DNA from: Eledone cirrhosa | Lineage: Eukaryota | DNA length: 64,000 nucleotides | Reading direction: 5' to 3' | Assembly: GCA_964016885.1 (NCBI GenBank) | Contig: OZ024745.1 | Location: forward strand, 53,382,001-53,446,000 | Shown here: positions 51,637 to 64,000 of the stretch, in pieces | How the letters are laid out: every line of letters begins with the position of its first letter | Position numbering within the stretch: the stretch's first letter is position 1 | Notes under the pieces: model-generated | Database searches by the model: none | Told to the model about the DNA's origin: nothing | What the model saw: the letters and a program-made list of their open reading frames with translations, nothing else | Program-made: the position numbers and the translations under genes

Positions 51637-51778
51637 ATGCAAATAATACATACCTTAAATACGATTGGATTAAACTCTGAACTGTTTTTTACCGATCTTG
51701 CTGTGGTCTATAAAATCACATTGAGCTTTAAGAATGTTCTTTGCCTTTATATGGGGTTGTATTATCATTTAAACTTGA

Positions 51779-51994
51779 GGGCGGTGGATTGGCAATATCG
51801 GTAGAGGGTCGGACGCCATGCTTTGCAGCATAGAGTTACGGTCCTTTACAGTCTGAGTTCAAATCCCGCCGAGGTTAACTTTGCCTTTCATCCTTACGGG
51901 GTCGATAAAATAAAGCACCAGTAACGTACTGGAGTCGATTTAATCGATTTTCCCCTCCCCAAAAATGTCTGGCCCTGTGCCTATATAAGAAACC
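51779..51994 (+). mobile_element. Full-length tRNA-derived SINE with 17-bp TSD
   Basis: A box tggcaatatcgg, B box gagttcaaatcc. attatcatttaaacttg occurs at 51761-51777 and 51995-52011. Confidence 0.93.
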
Positions 51995-53033
51995 ATTATC
52001 ATTTAAACTTGTTCGTATATATATGTGTATATATATGTGGGTGTATGTATAAATGTATGTAGAGACAGAAAAACCGATGAAACTTTTGGAAGTTCCCACC
52101 ACTAAATATGCTACTGTGAAATTCGTAGATTTGGATAATTTTATATGTTGAAGTGAGTATATATAGAGAGAGAGATGATGTGTTTGTGTGTGTATTGTGC
52201 GTGCATGCGTCTCCAGAACACGGTTGTCTGCGCATGCGATCAAATAAACGATTACGATTTTTTTATGATATTACAAAAATCTTAACTATTGGAGCTCTAG
52301 CCTCAGACAAAATATGACAACAATATCCCACTTACTTTATTATATTCAGTATAAAAATGTATATCTGCAATGGAAAACAGACTTGATAGCTATTTTTCGT
52401 TTTTTTTTTTTTTGTTGTTGTTTTTTTGTCTTGTGTATCTGGTTTCGAAGAAAAACGTTATTGTTTGACATTAGTCAATACCACTTGACCTTCTAGTGTG
52501 AAGTGACTCATGAATTATCTGTGAATCAAGTGAGATGCTTGTGGTGATTAACGTTCTGTAGAAGAGTAGTTAAATATTTATATACTTCATTTAAGAAAGA
52601 AGTAGTTGTAGACTAATCGGAAAAAAACTTGTTGCCAGAAGCTTTAGAAATGAGGTCCATGTCACATCTGCTTGCTTGTTGTTCTTTTCAGAGTTCCAGT
52701 TAACATATATATTAGTATAATTTTTAATAAAGCTTATGTAAGTATACGTAGTACCGATTAGAGTCGATATTAGCCATGGTATTTATCACGTGGCTTGCCA
52801 CTAATTATAAATAACATAAATAGCACTTCTTTATGAAGAGCGGCGGATTTAGTTGTGCGTGTGTGTTAGCAGTGAACTGTCTAATGCACGTCGCAATGAA
52901 ACCAGCCGTGTGCGTTCAACGAAATTTGAGATACTTGATAATACTGTAACATTTTAACGTTACCAGAATGTTCAACAATGTTCTCCATGCCACTGTGTAT
53001 ACATATTCGTTGGTTAGTTTCGATATTTGGATG

Positions 53034-53585
53034 TAGTGGATTAGCAGTTATAGACTGAGCGTCAGACACCATGCTTTGTGGCATAGACTTACGGGTATTT
53101 ACGTTCTGAGTTCAAATACCGCAAAGATTAGCTTTGCGGGGTTGATAAAAAAGTGTACCAGTTATGTACTGGGGTTACTTTAATCAACTATCTCCTTTTG
53201 CCAAAAATCATTGGCCATGTACCTAATTCGAAACCATTATTGAGTTCAAATCCCGCCGAGGTTAACTTTGCCTTTCATCCTTACGGGGTCGATAAAATAA
53301 AGTACCAGTAATACACTGGGATAATTGCTGGCCTTGTGCCAAAAGTAGAAACAATTATTTAGATGCGGGGATTACCTTTAGGCATTCTAGATTTCGATGG
53401 ATTGGCAGTATCAGTAGAGGGTCGGACGCCGTGCCTTGCAGCATAGAGTTACGTCTCTTTACGGTCTGGGTTCATATCCTGCCGAGGTTAACTTTGCCTT
53501 TCATCCTTACGGGGTCGATAAAATAAAGTACCAGTAATGAACTGGGATAATTGCTGGCATTGTACCAAATATTATAAACAATTAT
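53034..53585 (+). mobile_element. Cluster of three head-to-tail SINE copies (53034-53240, 53241-53358 truncated, 53397-53585)
   Basis: Three successive central domains and tails ending gaaac(c/a)attatt-like. Confidence 0.9.
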
Positions 53586-53985
53586 TATAAACATGATATT
53601 ATTTCCGTTAATGGTTTACTTTCCAATACTTCCGGTTCTGCTAAGTTATAGTATTTCAAGAATAAATATAAATCGTTATGTTCAATGCTAATGTCTAATT
53701 AATTAAAACATTTACTTAATCCTGTATTCTTGCTTGACATACACGAATTAGCTAATATAGATAATTGAATTATCCTGTATACTATTCATATCGAGTATGT
53801 ATCTGCAGCACAGTGTATTGGATACCTGAATGCTACAAACGTTTGGAGATAAACTAATTGTTTACACGAACGTTAACTCTTCTATTAACCTAAGTGTGCG
53901 TTCATGAAGAACAATTCTGGTAGATTTAAAATTACATTCCAGTCTGGGCAGCGTCATGGACCCTGCTACTATCTATCTATCTATC

Positions 53986-56900
53986 TCTGGATGGTATAGA
54001 CGTTCTTCACATTGGCTCCGCGAGTATTGGAGATATTACGTGTTAACAATAAGTGTTTGTCTGTATTCTTGCGTTAATTAGCCCCCTTGCCTGGGTCTTC
54101 GACATTAGAGTTAATTTATTTCACCCCTTTTGGGGTGAAATTTTTCATCCTAAATATCTTGTAATTGTCTCTACGCTAGTGGTAATGGAAGCCATTACCA
54201 CAGGTAACGATGAGACGCCCACTAAACAAACTGAAGGAGAGCGGGTAGCGGAGGCAACAAGCCTCCCTACTGAAAGAATAATGATTATTAGAAACATTGA
54301 AAATGCAGCCAGAACGAATTGCTAGGATCCCCGACCGCATATTGCTGGATGGGCTTGCCTACTTACACATCACAGTGGAGGGTAGACGACCCGCTTGTTA
54401 TCTCTGTGGTGGCAGATGTCACCTGAGGGCTGCCTGTTCCCAAGCAAACAAAAAAACACCGATTTTGCCCACACCAACAACTACAACACTAACAACACAA
54501 CCTCCACCACCACCACCACAAAAAAAAACACCACAAGGTAAAACACAACTGAAAACAATCCCCCCCCCCACCCACAGAAAACAAATACAATAACACCCAC
54601 ACCACAAACACGAGCCGAAAATGAACCCCTCCCCTCGAATACGGAAGACGACCCCTTTCGTCGTCAGACGAGGGGGGGGGGGACACTTTCATAAAGTTAA
54701 AAGAAAAAAAAGAAAACACACAACAGGAACACAAATACAAACAATCCCTCCCCAAGCCATAACACAGACATCAACACAAAAAAACACACAACAACAGCAA
54801 ACAAAAAACATCACGCCAAAAGAAAAATTTGCATATACCTACATAAGTACAATAAATAAAAAACTGTTAAACGTTATTTATAATAACAACTTAATAAAAA
54901 CCGAAGGTTCGAATTTCGCACAAGCAACGAGGCTTCCCCATCTAAAAATGATTAAAACCCCAATGGACATTTACAAATCGTTAAAAGACACTTTTAAAGA
55001 GGACGTGGGGCCCCCCTGCGTCAGACCCATAACCGTATCCTCCTAAAAAATCCCCCCCAGACACCCACACAACTCCAAATACCCCAACCCCACCACACAC
55101 TGATGCCCCTATACTTCCACAAACCACCACTCCACCCAACAACCCATCCCCCACCCCCATGGAAACTGTGCGGCCACGTCCCCGGGACGCAGAGAGGAAT
55201 GTGCCTTTTCTCTTTACCACCAACATGGCTGTGTTGAGAATAGGTTGTCTAAATGCGCGTGGCCTGGGCTCACCCTGGAAGCAAGCAAAGCTTCTAAATG
55301 ACCTCAGGACACGATGTATAAATGTGATGGTTATTTGCGAGGCCCGGATCAGCAGCGTGCGACAGCTGGCCCCCACCTTTGATGACTTTGAGATGCACGC
55401 ATCTCTCTGTCAGCCCGGAGGTGGGGGTGGGGTTGTCGTTCTGCTGCAAAAACATCTGGGTCTCGCTACACAGACGGTACACTTGGACCCAGGGGGTCGA
55501 CTAGTGGTTCTGGACATTGGCAGTGGTGAAGGCGGCGCATTTAGGCTGGTGGCCGTCTACGGCCCTTTTGGGTCAACGCGGCCAAACTTCTTCCATCGTC
55601 TGGAGACTTTTCTAGGGACTTTTCTCCTTACTTTTAGTGGGGGACTGGAATGGTATCCTAGATGCACGTTGGGACTATGTAGGGGCATGTCCTGATAGAG
55701 GGGGTTGTAACAGCCTCAAGGGTTAATCGGCCGATTCGACCTGGCCGATAGATATCGACTAGATTTTCCGACTGTGCCAACTTGGACTTGGAGAAACCAC
55801 AGCGGTCAATCTAGATCGTACCCAGATAGGTTATTAGTTAGAAATAAGGATAGGGACTTTTTAAGTTGTCCAAAAATGCTCATGGTTGGCTATTCAGACC
55901 ACAAGTTAGTGACCTCCATGGTCAACCTTGATAGAACGCATAGACAGGGACCCGGTTACTGAAAGCTCAACTTGTCCTTACCGGCAAGTAAAGCTTACAG
56001 GAACCGGATTAGTACATTAGTTAAGGAGCGGTTGACGGGCGCCATCGTCAACAGCAGGTGGTGGAGCTCTCTCAAAAGAGAGATTAGAATAGCTAATATT
56101 AGAGTAGTGATCCTTGAACCTAAGCAGATGTGCGAGGCCTTTCAAAGGCACTTTGCCCGATTGTTCGGAAGGGACGAGGGGCCGGATGGGGATGTAGACC
56201 TCGGTCTATATCTCGACGGCTTGCCGCGTCTTTCGGACGAGGAGGCGAAGTCCTGCGAGAGGCCGATCTCAGCTGCTGAATTAGGGGACGTGCTGAGCCA
56301 ATGCGGCAGACGCAAATCTCCGGGCCTCAATGGTCTACCATACGAACTGTATTTAACTATGCCGGACTTGTTCTTCGATCTCCTCGAAGCGGTCTACTGC
56401 AACTGGCAACAGAACGGGAGAATTCCCTATTCTGTGACCAAGGGCGTAGTCTCGCTAGTGAGGAAGGACGAGAACAAGGGGGATAAAATAAGTAATTTTA
56501 GGCCCATAACACTGCTAAATGCAGAGTTAAAGATTTTGGCCAAGGTGTTAGCAAAGAGGTTGGCGCTTGTCGTGGGCAACCTGGTGGGAAATGCGCAAAC
56601 ATGCGCCATCCCGTCCAGGTCCATTCACGACAACCTCCATCTCATGCGATACATCATAGAGAGGGTTGGGAACGAACCCGGCTTTGGTGAGGCCCTGATC
56701 AACTTGGATCAATCTAAAGCGTTCGATGGGGTCGAACATCTTTACCTGGATGCGGTGCTGGTGGCGGCAGGTTTCGGACCCGTTTTCAGAGGCTGGATCA
56801 CTGCCATGCACAGCAACCGCATCTGCTCTAGCGTGAACGGCTACCTCTCGGGGCCATTCGAAATCACGCGGTCCATCCGACAGGGATGCCCTCTCTCCTC

Positions 56901-58616
56901 CCTTATGTATGTATTGACCCTAGAGCCACTGCTGCGGAAGTTGGAGTTGTTACAGAGCATCCCTTTGGAACCCGGATTGCGGAAAGCGGTGTCGGCCTAC
57001 GCCGATTACGTGACAGTAATGGTGTCAACCGCCTCGGAAATCAGAGTGATCGGCACTTTACTGAAGGAATACGAAACGTTTACAGGAGCTAAGCTGAACC
57101 GGGTCAAGTCAGTCGGTTTGCAACTCGGCGGGTGGAGGGGCAAACCGATGGCCTCCAACGGCGTCGTCGGACGTTGGACGGAGGGCCCGGTGAAGTAGCT
57201 CGGGGTCTGGTTCGGGCCAGACCTCCAGGTGGAGAAGAACTGGGGTGAGGTATCGAACAGGGTGTTTGCGCTGACGCGGAAGTGGGATGAATGCAAACTA
57301 TCCCTGAAAGGTCGGGCGGAGGTGGCGAACGCTTATATAGCGTCCGTCATCTATTACCGCCTGACCATCGTGCCTTTCCCAAGGGAAACGCTCACCAAAA
57401 TTGAGCGCGCACTCTTCCAATTCCTTTGGAAGAAGCGGGCTCCTTTGGTGAGGAGATCCATCTGCTGTCAACACCCTTCGAAAGGAGGGCTGGGGATGGC
57501 CATGGCTGTTGATGCGTAAACAAGCATTAAGGCTAAGGCACCTCCAGGTATACCTCACCGGTCAACCGGTGTGGGCCCCGTTTGTGAGGCGAGCCTTTCC
57601 GAGACTCGTCTCGCTCACCGAGCTGCAGTCCTGGATCAAGCAAAGACCGAGAAAACTGGGCGCCTGGCACACCGCGTGTGCCCAGGCGCTCACGGCTCTC
57701 TGGCAGGCGGACCCGGCTATCGGTGGAGACTCCACCTCGTCATTCTATAGAGGGCTGGTGGTTAGTAGGTGCGACGACGCCCTCAGACAAACCCTGGGCA
57801 TGGAGGAAGACGAACTGGCCAGCTTATTCGGGAGAACATTTGGCCCGGGATCTATGGACAACTTCCAGAAATCCCTGGCCTGGCAGTGCTACCGAGGGGC
57901 GCTACCCGTTCGAGAAAAGCTCTACAGACACGGGCGCCCGGGTAGGGACCCCTCGAAAAAAATCTGTCCCAGATGCGTGCGCGACGAGCAAACCGTTGCG
58001 CACGCATTGGTACACTGCTCGGGCGTTGCCGATCTGTGGGGCTATATCGAACGACTGGTGTCACGGGTGGGACCAATCCGGTTGACCACTGAGTCTTTTG
58101 TAACGATCAAGCTGCCTCCCCCCTTCAAAAATGAAGGAGAGGCGGTCTTCCTCTGTGTATAGCCATGGTGAAAGATGTGGTATGGTGGACACGTTTAAAA
58201 GGGATGAGGTCGGACACCATTCTCTCCGGCCAACAACTGGTCCTTTTCTTTAAATACCATTTTAAGAGAAGGATCTGAATGGAGAGAGAGGTGCTCTACC
58301 CCAGCAAGTTTTATAAAAGGTGGGTGAAAGTAGCGAGAATGGCCCGTGTGAATGGGCCTTCTCTCTTTATCAGCTTGTAGGTGGAAAGGTGGAAGTGCAA
58401 AGGAGCACCCCCTCTCTGTGCTCCTAAGGAAAAGGGTTACACACTTTTTCGGGGGGGGGTGTAACCGCCAAAACGCCTCCTCCCTATCGAGGACTGTATT
58501 GTTAATTTTATATTTGTTATTTGTTTTTTTTACTCGTCCCTTTATGTAAACACCCCCTCCCCCACACTTGTATTTGTCCCCTTCTTTTGTGCCCTCATGG
58601 CAAATAAATAGAAACT
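53986..58616 (+). mobile_element. Tx1-clade retrotransposon, copy 3, divergent subfamily, decayed, in (TATC)n
   Basis: ORF1 remnant with CYLCGGRCHLRAAC and ORF2 remnant 55225-58380. (CTAT)n at 53969-53986 and (TATC)n from 58617. Confidence 0.92.
55225..58380 (+). pseudogene. Disrupted ORF2 (APE-RT-CCHC) of Tx1 copy 3
   Basis: Homologous to copy 1 ORF2. Stops at 55960, 57196 and 58160, frameshifts, YADD changed to YADY, and a deletion near 56105. Confidence 0.93.
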
Positions 58617-58654
58617 TATCTATCTATCTATCTATATATCTATCTATCTCTCTA

Positions 58655-58690
<36 letters not shown>

Positions 58691-58784
58691 ATACGTGTAC
58701 ATATATATATGTGTGTGTGTGCGTGCGTGCGTGTGCACGTGTGTATGTCTACGGGTGTCTCTGTGTGTGTATATATATATATAC

Positions 58785-58834
<50 letters not shown>

Positions 58835-59794
58835 TTTATTGGCTTTTAGCTGTTTGGTATTCTTGTCTTCTAGGTTAGTTTGCGAGCTGGCTGGTTGGTT
58901 GTTTGGTCTTGGTGGTTGATTGGTTGGTTTGATAGTTGGTTCACTGGCTGAATGTCTGGTTTTGTAAGCTGGATGAATAGATGAATGAATCGATGTGTAT
59001 GTGCGTGAATGAATGAATGAGTACTATGCTGGAGAACGGTTATGGAAAGGATGCTGGCTAAGATAGTTTATTTAATGACGTTAGAGCAATTATAATCAGT
59101 CAGAAGTAATCAAAATAGGCCTAAAAGATAAAAAAAAAAAAGGCAACGAAAGAAAGAAATAAAAGATAAGAAGCAAAAACAAAATTTCCATGCAGCTGAA
59201 CAGCCACTATATTAGAAAAAAATCAATTTCTCTCTCTATATATATATATATATATCTTCTCTCTTTCTCTGTCTCTCTCTCTATCTCTTCCTCTCTCTCC
59301 CCTCTCTCACTCCCTCTCTCTTTCTCTCTGCAATCGTAGTAAAAGAATAAAACAAACGATGGGTAAATCATTTGACATGGATTTCTGCCCAGAATCCAAT
59401 TGCTTTCCTCCAGTGAAGTTCAAATAATCAATTTATTTGACATTCTACCATTGATCAAACTATGAATCGATGTTGCTGTTTTCCTTTGCTGTTGTTGTTA
59501 TTATCATTGTTGTCGTTATCGTTGTTATTGTTGTTGTTGTTGTTGTTATTATTATTATTATTCGATTACTTTGCCGGACAGTAGCAGTAGAAATTCCAAT
59601 AAAATATTCGGTAACATCACCTGCTATTGACTTTATTCTACGTGACGGAGTAACATTAGTAACAACATCTAGAACAAAATGATATATGATAATAACAACA
59701 ATAACGACAACATCAATAATAATAACAAATAACAATAACAATTTTCGGATTTGTCTTTGCCTTTCATCCTTCACAAGTCAATATTTTAATCTAT

Positions 59795-59848
59795 TTCTAG
59801 GCTGATGAATGATTTCAAACGAATGAAACAGTTCTAGTCCTGTAGAAG
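59795..59848 (+). ncRNA. Type I hammerhead ribozyme, intact core, weakened stems
   Basis: ttctagg-CTGATGA-at..at-GAAAC-agttcta-GTC-ctgtagaa. Confidence 0.65.
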
Positions 59849-59851
59849 TCA

Positions 59852-59927
<76 letters not shown>

Positions 59928-60298
59928 AAATTTGAAAGTAGTCACCGCAATGCGGATAAATAAAATAATAGATGGTAACTGTAAATAATAGTTTAAAAAA
60001 TTATGTAAAATACCCCAAGGGACAGAATTAAGTGGATAGAGATGCCTTCGTGGTATCAAGTCATACACCTTTCATATGCAGGGTGAGTGCGATTAACAAT
60101 CATGCCACAGTCCCGTGCTTCCAAGTACCGTCTTTTTTTAGATTTAAACTTATAGCTTGAAGTATACACAAATTTGTTGACTTACAAAGCTTTAGGAAGT
60201 TTGAACTAATAATTGTAAATATCAACTATTGTTATAATTATCGGCATTGTCGTGACTATACTTTCATATATTCTAAAAAGACGGTAATTGATAGCCAT

Positions 60299-60373
60299 GC
60301 AACCTTTGGAGTAATGGTTAAACGCGCTCGTTCGGCATACAAAAGATGTAGGGTTCGATTCCTCGCAGTCGTC
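60299..60373 (+). other. tRNA-like sequence (pseudo-tRNA or SINE head)
   Basis: A box tggagtaatgg and B box ggttcgattcc at tRNA spacing, but the acceptor and anticodon stems pair poorly. Confidence 0.5.
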
Positions 60374-60604
60374 TTTATCCAGTTCTCTCACTCCCAGGGA
60401 AACTGTACGTGATTTATTAACTATTATTTTTTGTTACCAACTATTATTGTAGTTATTTGCACTGTACAATCTATGTAGACTTCGATAAAATAGGTTCCAC
60501 TTAAGGATTACCAATTCTGTAGAGGGGACCTGTTCAATTTTTGAATCTGGTCAATTTTGTAAATCCTAACTACAATGTGTTGCCTTCTACCACTAAGAAA
60601 CACC

Positions 60605-60668
60605 ATCCTTACGGGGTCGATAAAATAAAGTACCAGTAATGGCCTTGTGCCAAATGTAGAAATAATTA
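60605..60668 (+). mobile_element. SINE 3' fragment
   Basis: catccttacggggtcgataaaataaagtaccagtaatggccttgtgccaaatgtagaaataattat. Confidence 0.85.
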
Positions 60669-60811
60669 TCACTGTTATCCATGTTATTCTTTTTATGCTC
60701 CTTTATTTGTAAATTTCTCATTGAGACTGGTTAGTTCGTTGTATATGTTAAGACTCAATAACAGGTCGCAGATAACATTGCATTGCATCTCTTTGCGTTG
60801 GATTGGGTGTT

Positions 60812-60812
60812 A

Positions 60813-60908
<96 letters not shown>

Positions 60909-61095
60909 CAGCAGCAGTAGTAGTAGTAGTAACAGGTGGTGGTGATGGTGGTGGTGCTGCTGCTGGTGGTGGAGATGGAGGCAGCGGCGGCGGCATTAGT
61001 AGTAGGTGTAACAGTAGCAGCAGCAGCAGTAGTAGTAGTAGTAGTAGTAGTAGTAGCTGTTGTTGTTGTTGTCACCATCGTCATTGTTGTTGCTG
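60812..61095. repeat. Compound trinucleotide microsatellite (TAG/CAG/GGT/GTT)n
   Basis: Direct inspection. Confidence 0.9.
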
Positions 61096-61869
61096 CTGGA
61101 GCCTTGTTTGTTGTGTTTTGATTTTAATCACTTCTAGATAGAGTTGTAGTGTAGTCGTTAGCATGAAGAGTCTCAGTTAATGAAATGTTGTATCTCACTA
61201 CATTACATGTGAGAGACACTACTGTATAAAATGTGTACAGTTGACTTAAACTATTCCTTTCAGAATCTAGTAATGGAATACGATATAACCAAAAACAAAT
61301 CACTCCTTCGTACATATGAAGGCAAAGAAAATTACACAAACAACGAAACAAACTACAGAAATAAGAATATTATCTAGTTCGTCTAGAGAAAGAAATAAGG
61401 AATTAAATAAATTATATATGAACGGGAAAGAAGGAAAGAGCTGACAAGAGGGTCTCTGTTTTGTCGCTGAACATATATAAATAACAACCAAATCATCCTC
61501 CAGTTATATAATGGATCACAATGGATAAATGTAATCTGAAATACGTAATGTTCGATCATACGTGCAATACGATGTACCCACAGTGTTCATGACAAGAACA
61601 CCTTTGTTTCATAGGTCTACTCAGTCAAAGGTGACCCGGGGTTAAACTACAACAACTACGTCAACATAGCAATTAAAATCCTGGATTAAATAACCTTGTC
61701 TGTGATTATCAGTGGATTTATATCTAACTCAAAAATCCATGCATGAAAACAGAGACAAATAATTGCTTCCATGAACCGTACAGAAAGTTTAAATAACATT
61801 TGAATATCAAGACAGATAATCGTATATTTCAAAAAGCAGTTTATCATTTCCACAAGACGGATGTCATCA

Positions 61870-61972
61870 TGGTTTCTTATATAGGCACCAGGCCAGCAAT
61901 TTTGGGGGAGGGGAAAGTCGATTAAATTGACCCCAGTGCATGACTGGTACTTTATTATATCGACCCCGACGG
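61870..61972 (-). mobile_element. 5'-truncated SINE
   Basis: Tail ggcctggtgcctatataagaaacc and central domain. Confidence 0.85.
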
Positions 61973-62703
61973 GAGACTTAGCCGGAATGATTGCAATATA
62001 GTAGAGACCACTAAAATTCTCTAAGAGCCAGTTGTTGCTATTAAACAGGAGGGTGCATTAAATCTACCACCCAAGACCAGGAGATATCTCTCTGGTGGGC
62101 TTCTTCGTAGCATAATTTCCTTCTACTCGCGAAACTTCAGTCGATCTGAAACTCTTTACAAACCATTTTGTTTTCTGTGGGACAGAACTTGAAAACAATT
62201 TGTTTCGAAATGAACATCTTAACTCCAAATCCATTCTAACGGAAAATAAATAAAAACTTCAGAAAATTCATAGATATAGAAGCTATCCACCGTGGCGTAT
62301 CATTTATGATATATAGTCCAAACAATATTTTGAATAAAAATTAATGTATTCTGTTAAACTGATGAAACTAGCACCAGGCGATCTGTATAATAAAAAAGAG
62401 CTTGAAAGGGACAAATGAACACATTGTCTCTACATATGGTCATAGAACATCTAAGTGCAGTTTATAAAAAATTCAAGATAATTTAAAGTGGTCTCTATAA
62501 ACCTTTCCACGAATCAGACCATGAACATTTCTCCAAGGAAAATAGAATGTATTAAATTATAATATACAAATCAATTCTACTTTAGAAAAATATCAAGTAT
62601 CGAAACTCATTATTTATTCCACTATATTGACATCTTAATAAAAACCGCAATAATAACAACAGCAACAACAACAATATTATTGTTGTTATTATTATTATCA
62701 TTT

Positions 62704-62750
<47 letters not shown>

Positions 62751-63125
62751 TCTTTATGAGCTACAAGGGCCGAAACATGAAGGACAATTCAAAAACCAGG
62801 GACAGTGGAGGTTTATAAATAAAATCGAGTAAACTAGATGACAAAAAATACAAGAGTACTTAATAGAAATCCCCAATTGATGTAGTGGGTGGGGGAAGAA
62901 CTTCCCTCTTCTCTTCCTGTCCAAATGGGTTTTGATAAAGTTGATGGAGGCTTGTCTGTCTTCAGTCCTTTCAGCCGGGTCCACCATACAACATCTTTCC
63001 CCACAATGACCAGACAGAAGAAAACTGACTGATATTCCTACACCAAAAAAGTGGCGAGGCGATCTTCACGATGAACTCAGTCGGTAACCAGATCCGTCCT
63101 ACGTGTGGTAATAGCTGTCCGACGT
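62751..63125 (-). mobile_element. Tx1-clade 3' fragment ending in (CTA)n
   Basis: Translates to VGQLLPHVGRIWLPTEFIVKIA..VFFCLV..KDVVWWTRLKGLKT. Tail cccttgtagctcataaagaa is followed by (CTA)n at 62706-62750. Confidence 0.85.
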
Positions 63126-64000
63126 TGTTGGCGGTGTGGTTATTTTCTTTAAACTCGAAAGCGAGTTGCTGTCACGTGAAAGCTGGCTGGAAGAGGAAGG
63201 GCCTATCACTTCCACTTTTTAAAGCTTGTTAGCATGATAATAAAAAAAAAGTAAAAAAATTTGTGTGTGTGTATCTGTATGTGTGTGTCTGTATGTGTGT
63301 ATCTGTATGTGTGTGTGTGTATGTGTGTATATATCTGTGTGCGCGCGTGTGTGTGTCTGTCTATCTGTCTATCTGTGTGTGTGTGTGTGTGTGTGTGTGT
63401 CTGTATGAGAGCGAGTTAAAAAGCATTTATGAGCGTCTCGTTATATTGGCTAAACATATTATTCACTCCGCATTTGAATGATTTAATATATCATCAAAAC
63501 CAACTTTTGTGACTTACTTCAGAAAACGAAATATCATCCAATATAGCTTGAAGGGTAATTATTAAATAAACATCGTCTTATCATACCAACTGATATGTTA
63601 TATCACTGGATATCGACTGACAGATTACATATGCTGCAAGGTTCATATAAATTAATTCTTGATTTTTTTTTTTTTTTTTTACTCTTTCGCTTTAGATGTG
63701 ACATTAATACCTGCAAGGAAGCTGATCACATCATATTCTTATTTTAATTTCTCTTTCAGTTTTGAATATCAGGACATCAGATGAATGATATCTTTTCATT
63801 GAACGTTTTTCGTTCCTGTCTCAACATAGCCGTATGCTAATGACTGGAACCAGTAAAAGTAAAATAGTAAAATAATTTCAGATTAACAGCGCTATTGATC
63901 TGCCAGCTAAATTTCTATCTCACCCAACAGACTTATTATGATTCGTGTTTATCCTGTCTTTTTATTTAAATAATGTATCTAGAATTGAACATGCTTTCTT

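Noticed and set aside
60299-60373. Functional tRNA gene
   Set aside because: The acceptor and anticodon stems are mismatched, so it is kept only as a tRNA-like remnant.

Overview
This is AT-rich, microsatellite-dense animal genomic DNA. The SINE family and the (TA)n/(CA)n load suggest an octopod cephalopod (inference). I found no host protein-coding gene, and nearly all short ORFs in the track are microsatellite or antisense artefacts. The window is a mobile-element landscape. (1) Five Tx1/L1-clade non-LTR retrotransposon copies: one apparently intact (ORF1 698 aa plus ORF2 1139 aa) in head-to-tail tandem with a decayed copy that shares its ORF2 but has a different ORF1/5'UTR. Related copies end in different microsatellites: (ATT)n, (TATC)n and (CTA)n. 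(2) A dozen or more tRNA-derived SINE copies whose 3' tail resembles the Tx1 tail and whose target-site duplications begin with ATTAT. (3) Two Penelope-like GIY-YIG remnants and at least 12 type I hammerhead ribozyme motifs from many unrelated sequence families, about six with intact cores, often in fold-back structures within (TA)n. (4) Remnants of CRE, RTE and Helitron elements, a Tc1/mariner MITE and a TG..CA LTR-like unit. (5) 32-bp and 41-44-bp minisatellite arrays. All RNA folds and alignments were done by eye, so boundaries are approximate.
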